Positions 35,433-43,882 of a DNA stretch of 64,000 nt are shown here, piece after piece. This DNA comes from a virus (taxonomy: Duplodnaviria; Caudoviricetes). The notes beneath the pieces are model-generated. The model ran no database searches, was not told the origin of the DNA, and saw only the letters and a program-made list of their open reading frames with translations. Positions within the stretch are counted from its first letter, which is position 1; the number at the start of each line of letters is the position of its first letter. The position numbers were made by a program, and so were the translations under genes. The DNA is taken from the IMG/VR virus record IMGVR_UViG_2898615884_000001, positions 20,097-84,096 of that record; one strand, given 5' to 3'.

Positions 35433-35717
35433 ATGAGCGCACGCTGGGACCGGCTCGCGGCCACCCTCGCCGAGGCTGGCATCGCCACCGAGGTCGACCG
35501 CCGCACATGGCACGGCGAAACCGTCTGCCGCATCACCATGCGCGTAGACGGCGGCCTGATCACCATCGGCGACACGTGGCGCCGCGGCCGCTGGACCGGA
35601 TGGCAGGTCACTGCTGAGGACACCGACGACATCGTCGTCCGCGAGTTCCCCAAGACGAAGAAGCGCGCCGAGGTCCGGCAGCACGTTGAGGAAGCCCGCG
35701 CCGTCCTCGCAAGCTGA
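35433..35717 (+). CDS. Hypothetical protein
   Basis: SD AAGGAG, 94 aa. Confidence 0.6.
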   Translation: MSARWDRLAATLAEAGIATEVDRRTWHGETVCRITMRVDGGLITIGDTWRRGRWTGWQVTAEDTDDIVVREFPKTKKRAEVRQHVEEARAVLAS

Positions 35718-35723
35718 CGCCCC

Positions 35724-35749
35724 GTCTCGGGCCGGTACCGGCCCGAGAC
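35724..35749 (+). other. Perfect 26-bp palindrome after a stop codon
   Basis: GTCTCGGGCCGGTACCGGCCCGAGAC. Confidence 0.65.
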
Positions 35750-35789
35750 AGGACGCCGGCTCACCCCCCTGATCAGGAAGGACCCCGAT

Positions 35790-35942
35790 ATGTACACGCT
35801 CCGCGCTGTCGCGGCGCTCGCGTCGCTGATCTGTTTCGCGGTCACCGTCACCACCCAGGGGTTCGGTGTCCTGGCCCTGATCGGCGGGATCGCGGTCACG
35901 TGCTGGGTCCTGGTTCTCGCGCTTACTCCTCGGAGGCGCTGA
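35790..35942 (+). CDS. 50-aa two-TM peptide
   Basis: SD AGGAAGGA; MYTLRAVAALASLICFAVTV. Confidence 0.55.
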   Translation: MYTLRAVAALASLICFAVTVTTQGFGVLALIGGIAVTCWVLVLALTPRRR

Positions 35943-36027
35943 CGGTGTGCTGGGCGCTCCCCACCCCGCCGGGGGAGCGCCCAGCATCCACCAGCACCCC
36001 ACCCCACCCCACCGGAGGGAGATCCCG

Positions 36028-36168
36028 ATGCAGCGCTGCACCGAGTGCGCCGTGACCAAGCCCGACGTGCGCGAACGCCCTGACCCTTGCGAGGAGGACG
36101 TCAACGGCCGCGAGGTCCGCCGGGACCTGTGCGACGACTGCGAGGCCGCGATCTCGAACGAGGTCTGA
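36028..36168 (+). CDS. 46-aa zinc-binding peptide
   Basis: SD GGAGG; CTEC...CDDC. Confidence 0.55.
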   Translation: MQRCTECAVTKPDVRERPDPCEEDVNGREVRRDLCDDCEAAISNEV

Positions 36169-36207
36169 CCAGCCCCATCTACCCCACCGCGAACCCGAAG
36201 GAGACCC

Positions 36208-36660
36208 ATGGACCTCCAAGACCTCAAGCAGCTGCCGGAAGGCACGCAACTCCGCACCACCAAGAAGGAGATCGTCACCCTCGCCGGCTTCGTCCGGTCC
36301 GTCGTGATCGTCCGGCACGCGGACGGCGGAACCCGCGAGTACAGGTCGGTCAGCCTCCACCACGTCACGGACGTCCACCCGCTCATCACCCGCGAGCGCG
36401 CCGGTCTGACCGGTCACACGGTCACGGTGGAGCGCGTGGGCCGGGACGCGGCCCGCCAGTTCGCTGGCACCGTCCCGAACTGGGAGGGGCTGATCGGCCG
36501 ACTCGCCGTGGTGGAGCGGACCGACGGGCGCCTCGGCAAGGTCTGTGACGTCGCCGGGGTGAACGGCCTCGGCGACGGTGAGGACGATGTCGTGTTCGCG
36601 GCGTCGAGCGTGGCGTGCGCGTACGGCGCCCGGTACGTCCCCACCGGAACCCTGACCTGA
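36208..36660 (+). CDS. Hypothetical protein
   Basis: SD AAGGAG, 150 aa. Confidence 0.6.
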   Translation: MDLQDLKQLPEGTQLRTTKKEIVTLAGFVRSVVIVRHADGGTREYRSVSLHHVTDVHPLITRERAGLTGHTVTVERVGRDAARQFAGTVPNWEGLIGRLAVVERTDGRLGKVCDVAGVNGLGDGEDDVVFAASSVACAYGARYVPTGTLT

Positions 36661-36666
36661 CGCCCC

Positions 36667-36705
36667 GCCCCGGTCTCGTCCGCGGGTGGCGGACGAGACC
36701 GGGGC
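36667..36705 (+). other. Intergenic hairpin, 17-bp stem
   Basis: GCCCCGGTCTCGTCCGC-GGGTG-GCGGACGAGACCGGGGC. Confidence 0.65.
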
Positions 36706-36749
36706 AGGCCGCCAGACCAGGCCCAACCCACCACCAAAGGAAGGCGCGC

Positions 36750-37250
36750 ATGGGCTACGACACCGACTTCACCGGCAAGATCCAGATCGAGCCGCCCCTC
36801 AACCCCAGCGAAATCAGCTACCTGCGCCGGTTCTCCGACTCCCGCCGGATGCACCGCGACACCGGCCCCTACTACCTGGGGAACCGCCGCCCCGAGGAGA
36901 ACGACACCGGCGTCGTCGACCCCAACTCCCCGCCCCCGGAACAGCCGGGCCTGTGGTGCGACTGGGTCCCGACACCCGACGGCACGGCGATCGAGTGGAA
37001 CCGGATGGAGAAGTTCTACTACGCCACCGAGTGGATGGAGTACCTGATCAACGCGTTCCTGTCGGAAGGCGCGGACGTCCAGGCCGAGCTGAAGGCGCCG
37101 ATCGTCGGCCGGTTCTACCCGCCGGAGTTCGCGGAGTTCACGTTCGACCACGTCCTCAGCGGGACGGTCGAGGCGCAGGGCGACGACCCGGACGACCGGT
37201 GGGACCTGGTCGTCTCCGACAACGAGGTCCAGAGGGTGGAGAAGGGCTGA
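36750..37250 (+). CDS. Conserved phage hypothetical protein
   Basis: MGYDTDFTG...LWCDWVP...IEWN..EKFY...EW..YLI...AQGDDPDDRW. Confidence 0.7.
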   Translation: MGYDTDFTGKIQIEPPLNPSEISYLRRFSDSRRMHRDTGPYYLGNRRPEENDTGVVDPNSPPPEQPGLWCDWVPTPDGTAIEWNRMEKFYYATEWMEYLINAFLSEGADVQAELKAPIVGRFYPPEFAEFTFDHVLSGTVEAQGDDPDDRWDLVVSDNEVQRVEKG

Positions 37251-37278
37251 CCAGCCACCCCAATGAGACCGTGAACGC

Positions 37279-37311
37279 GAAGGGCCCGTACCCCACCGGT
37301 ACGGGCCCTTC
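37279..37311. terminator. Hairpin between convergent operons
   Basis: GAAGGGCCCGTACC-CCACC-GGTACGGGCCCTTC. Confidence 0.65.
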
Positions 37312-37320
37312 ATCGCGTGG

Positions 37321-37563
37321 TCAGGCCGGGCCGGCGCCGATCCGCATCGCCCAGCCCGACGGCAACGGCACCGCCTCCGCCTGAAGCCGGTCCCTGCCCG
37401 CCTGAGTCCTGGCATGGACCGAGAACCACCCCTCACTGACCTTCCACGTGCCGCCCGCGCCCCCGAGGTCCTCGGCGGCCGCGGTCAACCGCTTGTGGCG
37501 CTCGACGGCCTCGTCCACATCGGCCGGCGGGAAGGAGATCGTCAGGAGGTTTTCGTCAGCCAT
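37321..37563 (-). CDS. Hypothetical protein
   Basis: SD AGGAAGG, 80 aa. Confidence 0.5.
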   Translation of the reverse strand: MADENLLTISFPPADVDEAVERHKRLTAAAEDLGGAGGTWKVSEGWFSVHARTQAGRDRLQAEAVPLPSGWAMRIGAGPA

Positions 37564-37620
37564 GAGGGCCTTCCTTTCTGGGAGGCTCCCAGGATCCGGG
37601 ACGCCCGGCGTGGGCGGGAG

Positions 37621-37653
37621 GGGTTTCCAGTTGACTGCTGAAACTGGAAACCC
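37621..37653 (-). terminator. Hairpin downstream of the methyltransferase gene
   Basis: GGGTTTCCAGTT-N9-AACTGGAAACCC. Confidence 0.6.
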
Positions 37654-37664
37654 GGGCGCTCGCG

Positions 37665-38804
37665 TCAGGGGCTGATGATGTTGGACGGGGCGTCGCGCCA
37701 AACCACCTGACGGTCGGGGCCCACGGTCAGCCCGAACTCCTCCCGGCCGGGACGCCCCCACCCTGTCCACCGCTCGTACGCGGAGGCGACCTCGTCCCAC
37801 AGCCGCCGCGGCCCCGCCTGCCACACCCGATGCTCGCCGTCGCCCTGCCGGACCCGCGCCCACGAGGTCCCGGCCGTGTCCGCCAACTCCACCTCGACCA
37901 CGCCGTCCCGCTCGCGGGGCGCGCCCATGACATCCGGGAGCGCGCCGGTGATCGCGACGTCCGCGCCGAGACTGCCGGTCACCTCACCGGGATCGAGGTC
38001 CGTGGTGGTCTCATCCGCGCCCGCCATGTCCGCAGGCACGGTCAAGGTGCTGCGCTGCGCGCGGAGGATCATGTAGTTCGTGGTCCCGATGAGCCGGCCG
38101 ACCGCGTGCCCGTCGCCGGTGACGGTCAGGACCGCCTTGTGGCCTTCCCCGTACTCCGGCATCCACGGGACCACGATCCGGCCGCCCGGCCGGGTCTGCT
38201 CCACCCACGCATACGGGACATCACCGACACCGCAGGTGACGTGGACACCATCGAACGGCGCACGATCGGGGACGCCGAGCGCACCGTCGCCGGTGACTAT
38301 GAGCGGGTCGAACCCGGCCAGGTCCAGGGTCTCGCAGGCAGTAGCGGCGAGGCCCGGGTCGACCTCCACCGTGGTCACGTCCGCGCCGAGCGCGGTCAAC
38401 AGCGCCGCCGTCCACCCGGTGCCGGTGCCGATCTCCAGGACCCGGTCACCGGGCTGGACGTCGAGCGCCTCCAGGAACGCCACGACCGCGCCCGGGGCCG
38501 ACAGCGAAGACGTGGCCTCGGCGACGCCCTGGGCCGGGTCAGCGGCTCCGTCGGCGGCCTGGACGACGATGGACCCGTCGCTGTACACCGCGTCCCACCA
38601 GACGTCCGGGTCGGCGTCGCGGTCGATGCGGTGGCGGGGGCCGGGGCCGTTCGTCGCGAACCAGCCGCGGGCCGGCGCGAACAGGTGCCGGGGGGCGGCG
38701 TGCAAGGCGTCCCGGGTGCGGGTGCTGATGAGGAAGCCGCGGGCGGTCAGGGTGTCGGTGAGCGCGTCGGTGCGTGCGCTGGTGTCGGTGGTGTGGACGG
38801 TCAT
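37665..38804 (-). CDS. PIMT-like peptide/protein aspartyl O-methyltransferase with C-terminal extension (PAMT type)
   Basis: PRHLF, VLEIGTGTGWTAALL, PFDGVHVT, WVEQTRPGGRIV; C-terminal QAGPRRLWDEV...FGLTV. Confidence 0.9.
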   Translation of the reverse strand: MTVHTTDTSARTDALTDTLTARGFLISTRTRDALHAAPRHLFAPARGWFATNGPGPRHRIDRDADPDVWWDAVYSDGSIVVQAADGAADPAQGVAEATSSLSAPGAVVAFLEALDVQPGDRVLEIGTGTGWTAALLTALGADVTTVEVDPGLAATACETLDLAGFDPLIVTGDGALGVPDRAPFDGVHVTCGVGDVPYAWVEQTRPGGRIVVPWMPEYGEGHKAVLTVTGDGHAVGRLIGTTNYMILRAQRSTLTVPADMAGADETTTDLDPGEVTGSLGADVAITGALPDVMGAPRERDGVVEVELADTAGTSWARVRQGDGEHRVWQAGPRRLWDEVASAYERWTGWGRPGREEFGLTVGPDRQVVWRDAPSNIISP

Positions 38805-38911
38805 TTGCCTTTGCCCTTGTCGGGCTTGCCCTTCTCGTCCTTCTCGGCGGGAGGGACGGGACGGTCGGGCTCGTAGGAGTCCTCGTCGGATCGGTCGCCG
38901 TGCTTGCCCAT
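38801..38911 (-). CDS. 36-aa charged peptide, putative imiditide/pamtide precursor
   Basis: SD GGAGGAG; MGKHGDRSDEDSYEPDRPVPPAEKDEKGKPDKGKGK; ATGA overlap with the methyltransferase. Confidence 0.75.
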   Translation of the reverse strand: MGKHGDRSDEDSYEPDRPVPPAEKDEKGKPDKGKGK

Positions 38912-39016
38912 GGTTCTCCTCCGGGGTCGAGCGGACGTGCCCACAGTGCGGTGACCGACGGTACTAGCGCCCTGACCAACGGTGGTCTAGCCCGGCGGTC
39001 AGACAACCGTGCCGAC

Positions 39017-39751
39017 CTACACCAGCGCCCGGCGCACGACGAGCAGCTCGGGCCCGTCGGCGGGCTCGGGCACGTCAGCCATGGCCGCGGCCGCACCGGC
39101 CAGCTCGCGCCGCGCGGCCATCGACCACAACCGCGAGGCTCGGCCACCGCCTCGGTAGACGTCGACGGCGAGTTGCTTGAGCGCGCGGTGCGCGGCTCCC
39201 GTGCACCCGACAGCGACGCCGAGCGCTCTGGGGAGCTCAGCGAGGTCGGGCTGGTAGGTCCACCGCTCGACCTCGAAGTGGATGTGGGCGCCCATGTGGG
39301 CGTGCCGGTCGATGACGGCCCGCGCGCACACCGACCCGCAGGCGGACAGGCTCCAGGTCCGCTGGACGGTGTTGCCGACCTGCACGTATCCGTGTTCGTC
39401 GCGGGGGCTGGGGTCGGCGTCGTCGGGGCGCGCGTAGTTCGGTCGGACCGACCAGGCGCTCACCCGGTAGCGGGTGGGGCGTCCGCAGCCTGCGACACCT
39501 TGGCACGTGGCCATGCGCTGCACGGCGAGCAGGTTGCAGTTGGCGCAGGTACAGGCGTCGCCGCAGTTGCAGCGGGGGGTTCCGTCGTCGTACTCGCCGG
39601 CGCAGTCGCACTCGTCGGGGTCGTCGACGGGACCGGTGGGGGTGGGGGTCCAGGCGCCGTCCCATGCGCTCTGGAGGGTGCGAATGGCGGTGGCGAGCTG
39701 CTCGGGCGTGGGCTGCTCGTTGTCGGGTCGGGGGTTGGTGTTGGTCGGCAT
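39017..39751 (-). CDS. Cys-rich hypothetical protein
   Basis: CDC...CNCGDACTCANC cluster, 244 aa. Confidence 0.55.
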   Translation of the reverse strand: MPTNTNPRPDNEQPTPEQLATAIRTLQSAWDGAWTPTPTGPVDDPDECDCAGEYDDGTPRCNCGDACTCANCNLLAVQRMATCQGVAGCGRPTRYRVSAWSVRPNYARPDDADPSPRDEHGYVQVGNTVQRTWSLSACGSVCARAVIDRHAHMGAHIHFEVERWTYQPDLAELPRALGVAVGCTGAAHRALKQLAVDVYRGGGRASRLWSMAARRELAGAAAAMADVPEPADGPELLVVRRALV

Positions 39752-39793
39752 GTGGGTTCCTTACCGTCTTGGTCGGACGTTTCGGGGTGAGTG

Positions 39794-40219
39794 CTAGGCG
39801 GGGTGGGGAGGCTGGTCGAGGGCGGCGTGCAGAAGCCCGGCCCCGATCGCGTGATGCAGAACGCCGTGGACGCTCGTGGACACCTCCACATCCTGGTCGA
39901 ACGGGTGGACCCACCGCAGTGCCCGGCCGGGCTGGACGGCGGCTGGCTCGCCGGTGAGTTCGACCCGGTACAGCTCGGTGAGGACGAGCGCCCCGTCGAT
40001 CCCGGACACCGCCTCGAACCGGTCGACGTACGTGAGGCCCGCCAGGCCGGTACCGAGTTCGGCGGCCAGTTCCCGGTCCAACGTCGCCTCGTGGCTCTCA
40101 CCCTCGACCGCGGGGCCGCCCGGCATGCAGTAAATGTCAGGGTGCCGGGACGCGGTGATGGTGAGGACGCAGCCGTCCCGGACGACGAGCGCCGAGACCT
40201 TCCGGTAGACGTCGGTCAC
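39794..40219 (-). CDS. NUDIX hydrolase (slightly degenerate box)
   Basis: MPGGPAVEGESHEATLDRELAAELG. Confidence 0.8.
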   Translation of the reverse strand: MTDVYRKVSALVVRDGCVLTITASRHPDIYCMPGGPAVEGESHEATLDRELAAELGTGLAGLTYVDRFEAVSGIDGALVLTELYRVELTGEPAAVQPGRALRWVHPFDQDVEVSTSVHGVLHHAIGAGLLHAALDQPPHPA

Positions 40220-40638
40220 GGGGTAACTCCTGGCTGGTCGAGGACGGCGTGGAACAGGCTGATGAGTCGGCGGAGTTGCTCGTTGCCCTCCGCCTCGGGA
40301 ACGTTCTGGTCGAGGAGGTCGACCAACTCTTGGGCGCGCTGGAGTGCGGCCTCGGCCTGCTCGGCGCGTTTGGCGCTCGCGATCGCGCGGCGCTCAAATG
40401 CCACCGCCGCCTGATGCGCCCGGTCACGGGACGCCCGGACGGTCGCGAGCGCGGCCTCGAAGACGGGCAACACGGCCAGCGCCGCGACATCGGCCTCACC
40501 ACCAGAGATCGGGATGGACCGCCCAGCCGCGAGGTCAGCAACCGCGCGGGGGCCGGGCTTGATGCGGACAGTCGCGCGGATGGCTTCGGCGAGCTGGTCG
40601 CGGAGCGCGGGCTCAGGCGGCGTCGGGTCCGTAGGCAT
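40216..40638 (-). CDS. Hypothetical coiled-coil protein
   Basis: Coupled ORF, 140 aa. Confidence 0.55.
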   Translation of the reverse strand: MPTDPTPPEPALRDQLAEAIRATVRIKPGPRAVADLAAGRSIPISGGEADVAALAVLPVFEAALATVRASRDRAHQAAVAFERRAIASAKRAEQAEAALQRAQELVDLLDQNVPEAEGNEQLRRLISLFHAVLDQPGVTP

Positions 40639-40640
40639 GG

Positions 40641-41291
40641 TCACCGATCCTCCTCGGGCGGGTTGCAGAACACGGCGCCACCGTTGGCGATGGCATCCGC
40701 GATCTCCTGCGGCGTCGGTGCGGGCACGATGTGCCGGGCGGCGGCTTCCATGCCACGGCGGAACGACGCGCGGGGACCGGTCAGGGCGTCGCGGTACGGC
40801 TCGGCCTTGGCCAGGATCTCGGCGGCCACCTGCTCGCGGACCTGCCGTTCGTGTTCGCCGGGCCGTGCCATCTCGCACAGCCGCACCGTGTCGTCCGCGG
40901 TGCGCGGCTCGGACCGCCGGGCGACGACCTCCTGCCGTGAGCCGAACAGCTCCGTCATGACCTGCCCGCGGGTCTTCCGCTTGATGTGTGGCGCGCCAGC
41001 CTCGATCACCCTGCGGGCCTGCCCGGCGAAGTCCTGCCATCGCAGGTGGTCCGCGTTGAACTCGGCGTCGTAGTCGCGGAGCAGGAGTTCGGCGACGGCC
41101 GTGACCGCTTCCTCGGGTACGTCCGGCGCGTCAGCCATGGGTGTGGTCTCGGGTTCGGGCAGCGGCAGCAGGCCGGCCTCTTCGCGGCAGGCGGCGCAGC
41201 CCCCGAGGCCGTTGCACTTCGCGACCAGCCGCGGGCCGGGCTTAGCCGGCTCGCCAGGGCCGTACCAGTGGCCGTGGGTGGTGTAGGGCAT
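40641..41291 (-). CDS. Hypothetical protein
   Basis: MPYTTHGHW...CNGLGGCAAC N-terminal motif. Confidence 0.55.
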   Translation of the reverse strand: MPYTTHGHWYGPGEPAKPGPRLVAKCNGLGGCAACREEAGLLPLPEPETTPMADAPDVPEEAVTAVAELLLRDYDAEFNADHLRWQDFAGQARRVIEAGAPHIKRKTRGQVMTELFGSRQEVVARRSEPRTADDTVRLCEMARPGEHERQVREQVAAEILAKAEPYRDALTGPRASFRRGMEAAARHIVPAPTPQEIADAIANGGAVFCNPPEEDR

Positions 41292-41307
41292 GGTGTCGAG
41301 TCCTGTC

Positions 41308-41583
41308 CTAGAAGTTGGTTCGTTCGGTGCGGCGGTTGCCGTGGTGCAGCCTCACTAGCTCGGCGAACACGGTCCGGAGACCACGGACATCGCCGTCGTT
41401 CTGCGCGAGCATCCGGACGGTCTGGTTCATCACGACCGCCCAAGGGACCCCTTCGGTGAGCGCCCCGGCGATCGCGCCTTCGAGGTCGCGGATGTTGATG
41501 TCCTCGCGGGTCTTGGCGGCGAGGGCGAGGAGTTCGGCCGTAGCCGGCTGCGCAACCGGCTGCCCGGCTGACTTACCGGTCAC
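41308..41583 (-). CDS. Hypothetical protein
   Basis: GTGA coupling, 91 aa. Confidence 0.55.
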   Translation of the reverse strand: MTGKSAGQPVAQPATAELLALAAKTREDINIRDLEGAIAGALTEGVPWAVVMNQTVRMLAQNDGDVRGLRTVFAELVRLHHGNRRTERTNF

Positions 41584-41822
41584 GTCCCACCTCGCGCGAC
41601 CCGGGCGGCCTCCCGAAGCTCATCAGCGCTCGCATGCCAGCCGGTCGTGTCCAGCTTGGTCGCGCGCCCCTCGATCTCGCTGGCGATCTGTTCGCGGACC
41701 TGCGACGCGAGCGTCTCGGCGAGGCTCCCGTAGTCGATGGCCCGCGCGTGTTGGCACACGATGTTGTGGTCGGTGTGCCAGTTGCGGACCGCGCTGGCGA
41801 TGAGGGTTTCGAGGGGGCTCAA
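41580..41822 (-). CDS. Hypothetical protein
   Basis: TTGA coupling, 80 aa. Confidence 0.45.
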   Translation of the reverse strand: MSPLETLIASAVRNWHTDHNIVCQHARAIDYGSLAETLASQVREQIASEIEGRATKLDTTGWHASADELREAARVARGGT

Positions 41823-42343
41823 AGCAGCTCCAGTTGTCCGGTGGGGTGCGCGGTGGCGCGCTTGGGCTTCTTGGGCTCGGCCGCGCGGCGGAGGGACGGT
41901 CGGGGGGCGGGTCGTGCGGCGGGTGCGGGGATCCCGGCGTCCCGCCGCGCGACCTGGACGGCGATCCGCTCCGCACGCCGCTCGGCATACGGCTGCGCGC
42001 GAACCTGGCGGAGGATCATCTCGGCAGCGCGCCACGGGTCGGCCTCACGGCGACAATCCGCACACCGGCCGACGACGTTCTCGTGATGGCAGAGCTGCAC
42101 ACCGTCCGGCTCCGTCATCGCGCGGGCGTTGTGGTTGTTGACCCTGGCCTGGATAGACGCGGGCCGCTCCTCCGGGATCCGGAACGGGTTGTCAGCCTCC
42201 TGCGCACGGGCCATCGCGTCACGAAGCTGAGCCGTGGTCATCCCCTTGCGGCACTCGGGCCCAATCCGGAACGCACGGGATGCCGGGTCGGTGAGCGGCT
42301 TTCCGCATTCGGTGCAGGTGGGGTCGACCACGCGGATGCTCAT
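41819..42343 (-). CDS. DUF6011-like protein
   Basis: CTECGKPLTDPASRAFRIGPEC. Confidence 0.72.
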   Translation of the reverse strand: MSIRVVDPTCTECGKPLTDPASRAFRIGPECRKGMTTAQLRDAMARAQEADNPFRIPEERPASIQARVNNHNARAMTEPDGVQLCHHENVVGRCADCRREADPWRAAEMILRQVRAQPYAERRAERIAVQVARRDAGIPAPAARPAPRPSLRRAAEPKKPKRATAHPTGQLELL

Positions 42344-42573
42344 GCCGGGCCCGCGCCGTTCTTGAGCGCCAGGCCGTGCTGGATGAGGGCGGTGTGCACG
42401 TCATCCAGCGACTTGGTCCCGAAGTTGCGGATGTCGAGCAGATCGAACGCATCGCACGCCGCGAGGTCGCCGATGGTGCGGATCCCCTCACGCATCAGCG
42501 CGTTGTAGGCGCGGGGCGACAGGTTCAGCAACGCGATCGGGTCGCCCGGCTGGAGGGTGCGGGTGGTGGCCAT
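42340..42573 (-). CDS. Stand-alone RNA polymerase alpha-CTD-like protein
   Basis: PIALLNLSPRAYNALMREGIRTIGDL...DLLDIRNFGTKSLDDV...GLAL. Confidence 0.85.
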   Translation of the reverse strand: MATTRTLQPGDPIALLNLSPRAYNALMREGIRTIGDLAACDAFDLLDIRNFGTKSLDDVHTALIQHGLALKNGAGPA

Positions 42574-42577
42574 GGGG

Positions 42578-42772
42578 TCACTTCCTGGTGGTGGGGTGGT
42601 GAGCAGCGGTGATGCGGTGCCGGTCGGCGCGGACCTGCATGAGGCGGACCGCCCACACCGCGGTGACGGTCCGGCCGTAGTGGCGGACCTCGGAGGCGCC
42701 GCAGCAGCAGGACCAGGACACGGCCCGCACCTCCGGGAGATGGCCCGTGCTGACCAGGTGGCTGACGCTCAT
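42578..42772 (-). CDS. Hypothetical protein
   Basis: ATGA coupling, WSCCCG. Confidence 0.4.
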   Translation of the reverse strand: MSVSHLVSTGHLPEVRAVSWSCCCGASEVRHYGRTVTAVWAVRLMQVRADRHRITAAHHPTTRK

Positions 42773-43107
42773 GACATCGAGAGCTCCTCGTCCCAGGCAG
42801 CGAAGAAGTCGAGCTGGACGGCCTCGGACGGCACGACGCGGCAGTCGCAGGCGCACCGCCAAGCGCACGGCCGGCCGACCCGCCACACCCGCGCGTCGCT
42901 CGACGGCGCAGGCGAGACCACCGAGCCCTTGCTGTTGGTGACCCACCCCGCCGGGAACACGGCGGGCTCGCCGGCGCGGCACCGGTCGTGGTCGCCGTGC
43001 ACGCAGTTCGAGCACGGCCCCCACTCGCAGGGGCAGGTCGCGATGGGCGCGCGGAGGGCGGGAGGGAGGACGTTGGCGCGGATCCACGCGGCGGCTTCCG
43101 GTGTCAT
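42769..43107 (-). CDS. Cys-rich protein (DUF6248-like)
   Basis: MTPEAAAWIRANV...CPCEWG.C..C.HG.H..C...VW...CAWRCACDC. Confidence 0.62.
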   Translation of the reverse strand: MTPEAAAWIRANVLPPALRAPIATCPCEWGPCSNCVHGDHDRCRAGEPAVFPAGWVTNSKGSVVSPAPSSDARVWRVGRPCAWRCACDCRVVPSEAVQLDFFAAWDEELSMS

Positions 43108-43331
43108 CAGGCCCCCCAGTCCGGGCAGTCCACCGCGCCGCATGGCGAGCCCAGCTGCTCGATGGCGCCGCACCAGGGGCAGTCCTCGTCGGAGGGGTCG
43201 GCGTCGCCGAGGTCCTTGCGGTCGGCGACGTCCAGGCCGCATACCGCCCGGTCGGGGTCGCAGCAGTAGACGTGGACGAAGTCGTGGTCGAGTCCGGGGC
43301 CGGTGGGGCGCGGCAGGGTCGCGGTGATCAC
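43107..43331 (-). CDS. Small zinc-binding protein
   Basis: HVYCCDPDRAVCG...CPWC. Confidence 0.55.
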   Translation of the reverse strand: MITATLPRPTGPGLDHDFVHVYCCDPDRAVCGLDVADRKDLGDADPSDEDCPWCGAIEQLGSPCGAVDCPDWGA

Positions 43332-43882
43332 GACGCCTCCTGGGTGGTCGTGGTGGTGCAGGTCCAGCAGGTGCCGTCGGGGTCAAGCGCGGTGCCGCAG
43401 GTCCCGCAGGTCGGTGCGTCGGCGGGGTGTCCGTCGTTGTCCGCGCGTGTCCGCCGGTGTCCGTGGTTGTCCGCGCGGGGTGGTGCGACGGGGTGGGCGG
43501 CGGCGTGCAGGACGAGGTCGGTGTACGGGGCGGTCGGGCCGAGCTGGGCGCGCGCGGCTTCGATGGAGGCGGCGCCGCAGTCGGGTAGGCGCTGAAGCCG
43601 GGTGACCGCAGCGTCGTATGCCGGGGACGTCTCAGCGGGCGCGAGACGGCCGCGCGTGCGCCGTGTGCGGAACTGGTCCGGGTTCAACCACTTCGCCCGC
43701 CTACGGGGACCTGAGGGACGCACGGGGCCAATGGGGCGCGTGGGCTCAGGCCGATCCCGAAGCCACGCGAGATACGCGACGGGATCCTCCGGCAGATCCA
43801 CCGGCGGCGGCTGCGTCGCCTCGGCCACCTCGCGGGCACTGCGCTCGACCGCCTCCGCCACCCACGGATCCGGCCGGTTCAT
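43328..43882 (-). CDS. Hypothetical protein with C-terminal zinc ribbon
   Basis: CGTCGTALDPDGTCWTC. Confidence 0.5.
   Translation of the reverse strand: MNRPDPWVAEAVERSAREVAEATQPPPVDLPEDPVAYLAWLRDRPEPTRPIGPVRPSGPRRRAKWLNPDQFRTRRTRGRLAPAETSPAYDAAVTRLQRLPDCGAASIEAARAQLGPTAPYTDLVLHAAAHPVAPPRADNHGHRRTRADNDGHPADAPTCGTCGTALDPDGTCWTCTTTTTQEAS

Noticed and set aside
22444-37311. A separate AICE or plasmid inserted in the prophage
   Set aside because: No second integrase, RepSA/relaxase or flanking direct repeats were found by eye, and the rep1 operon runs on into phage genes. Not excluded without comparative genomes.
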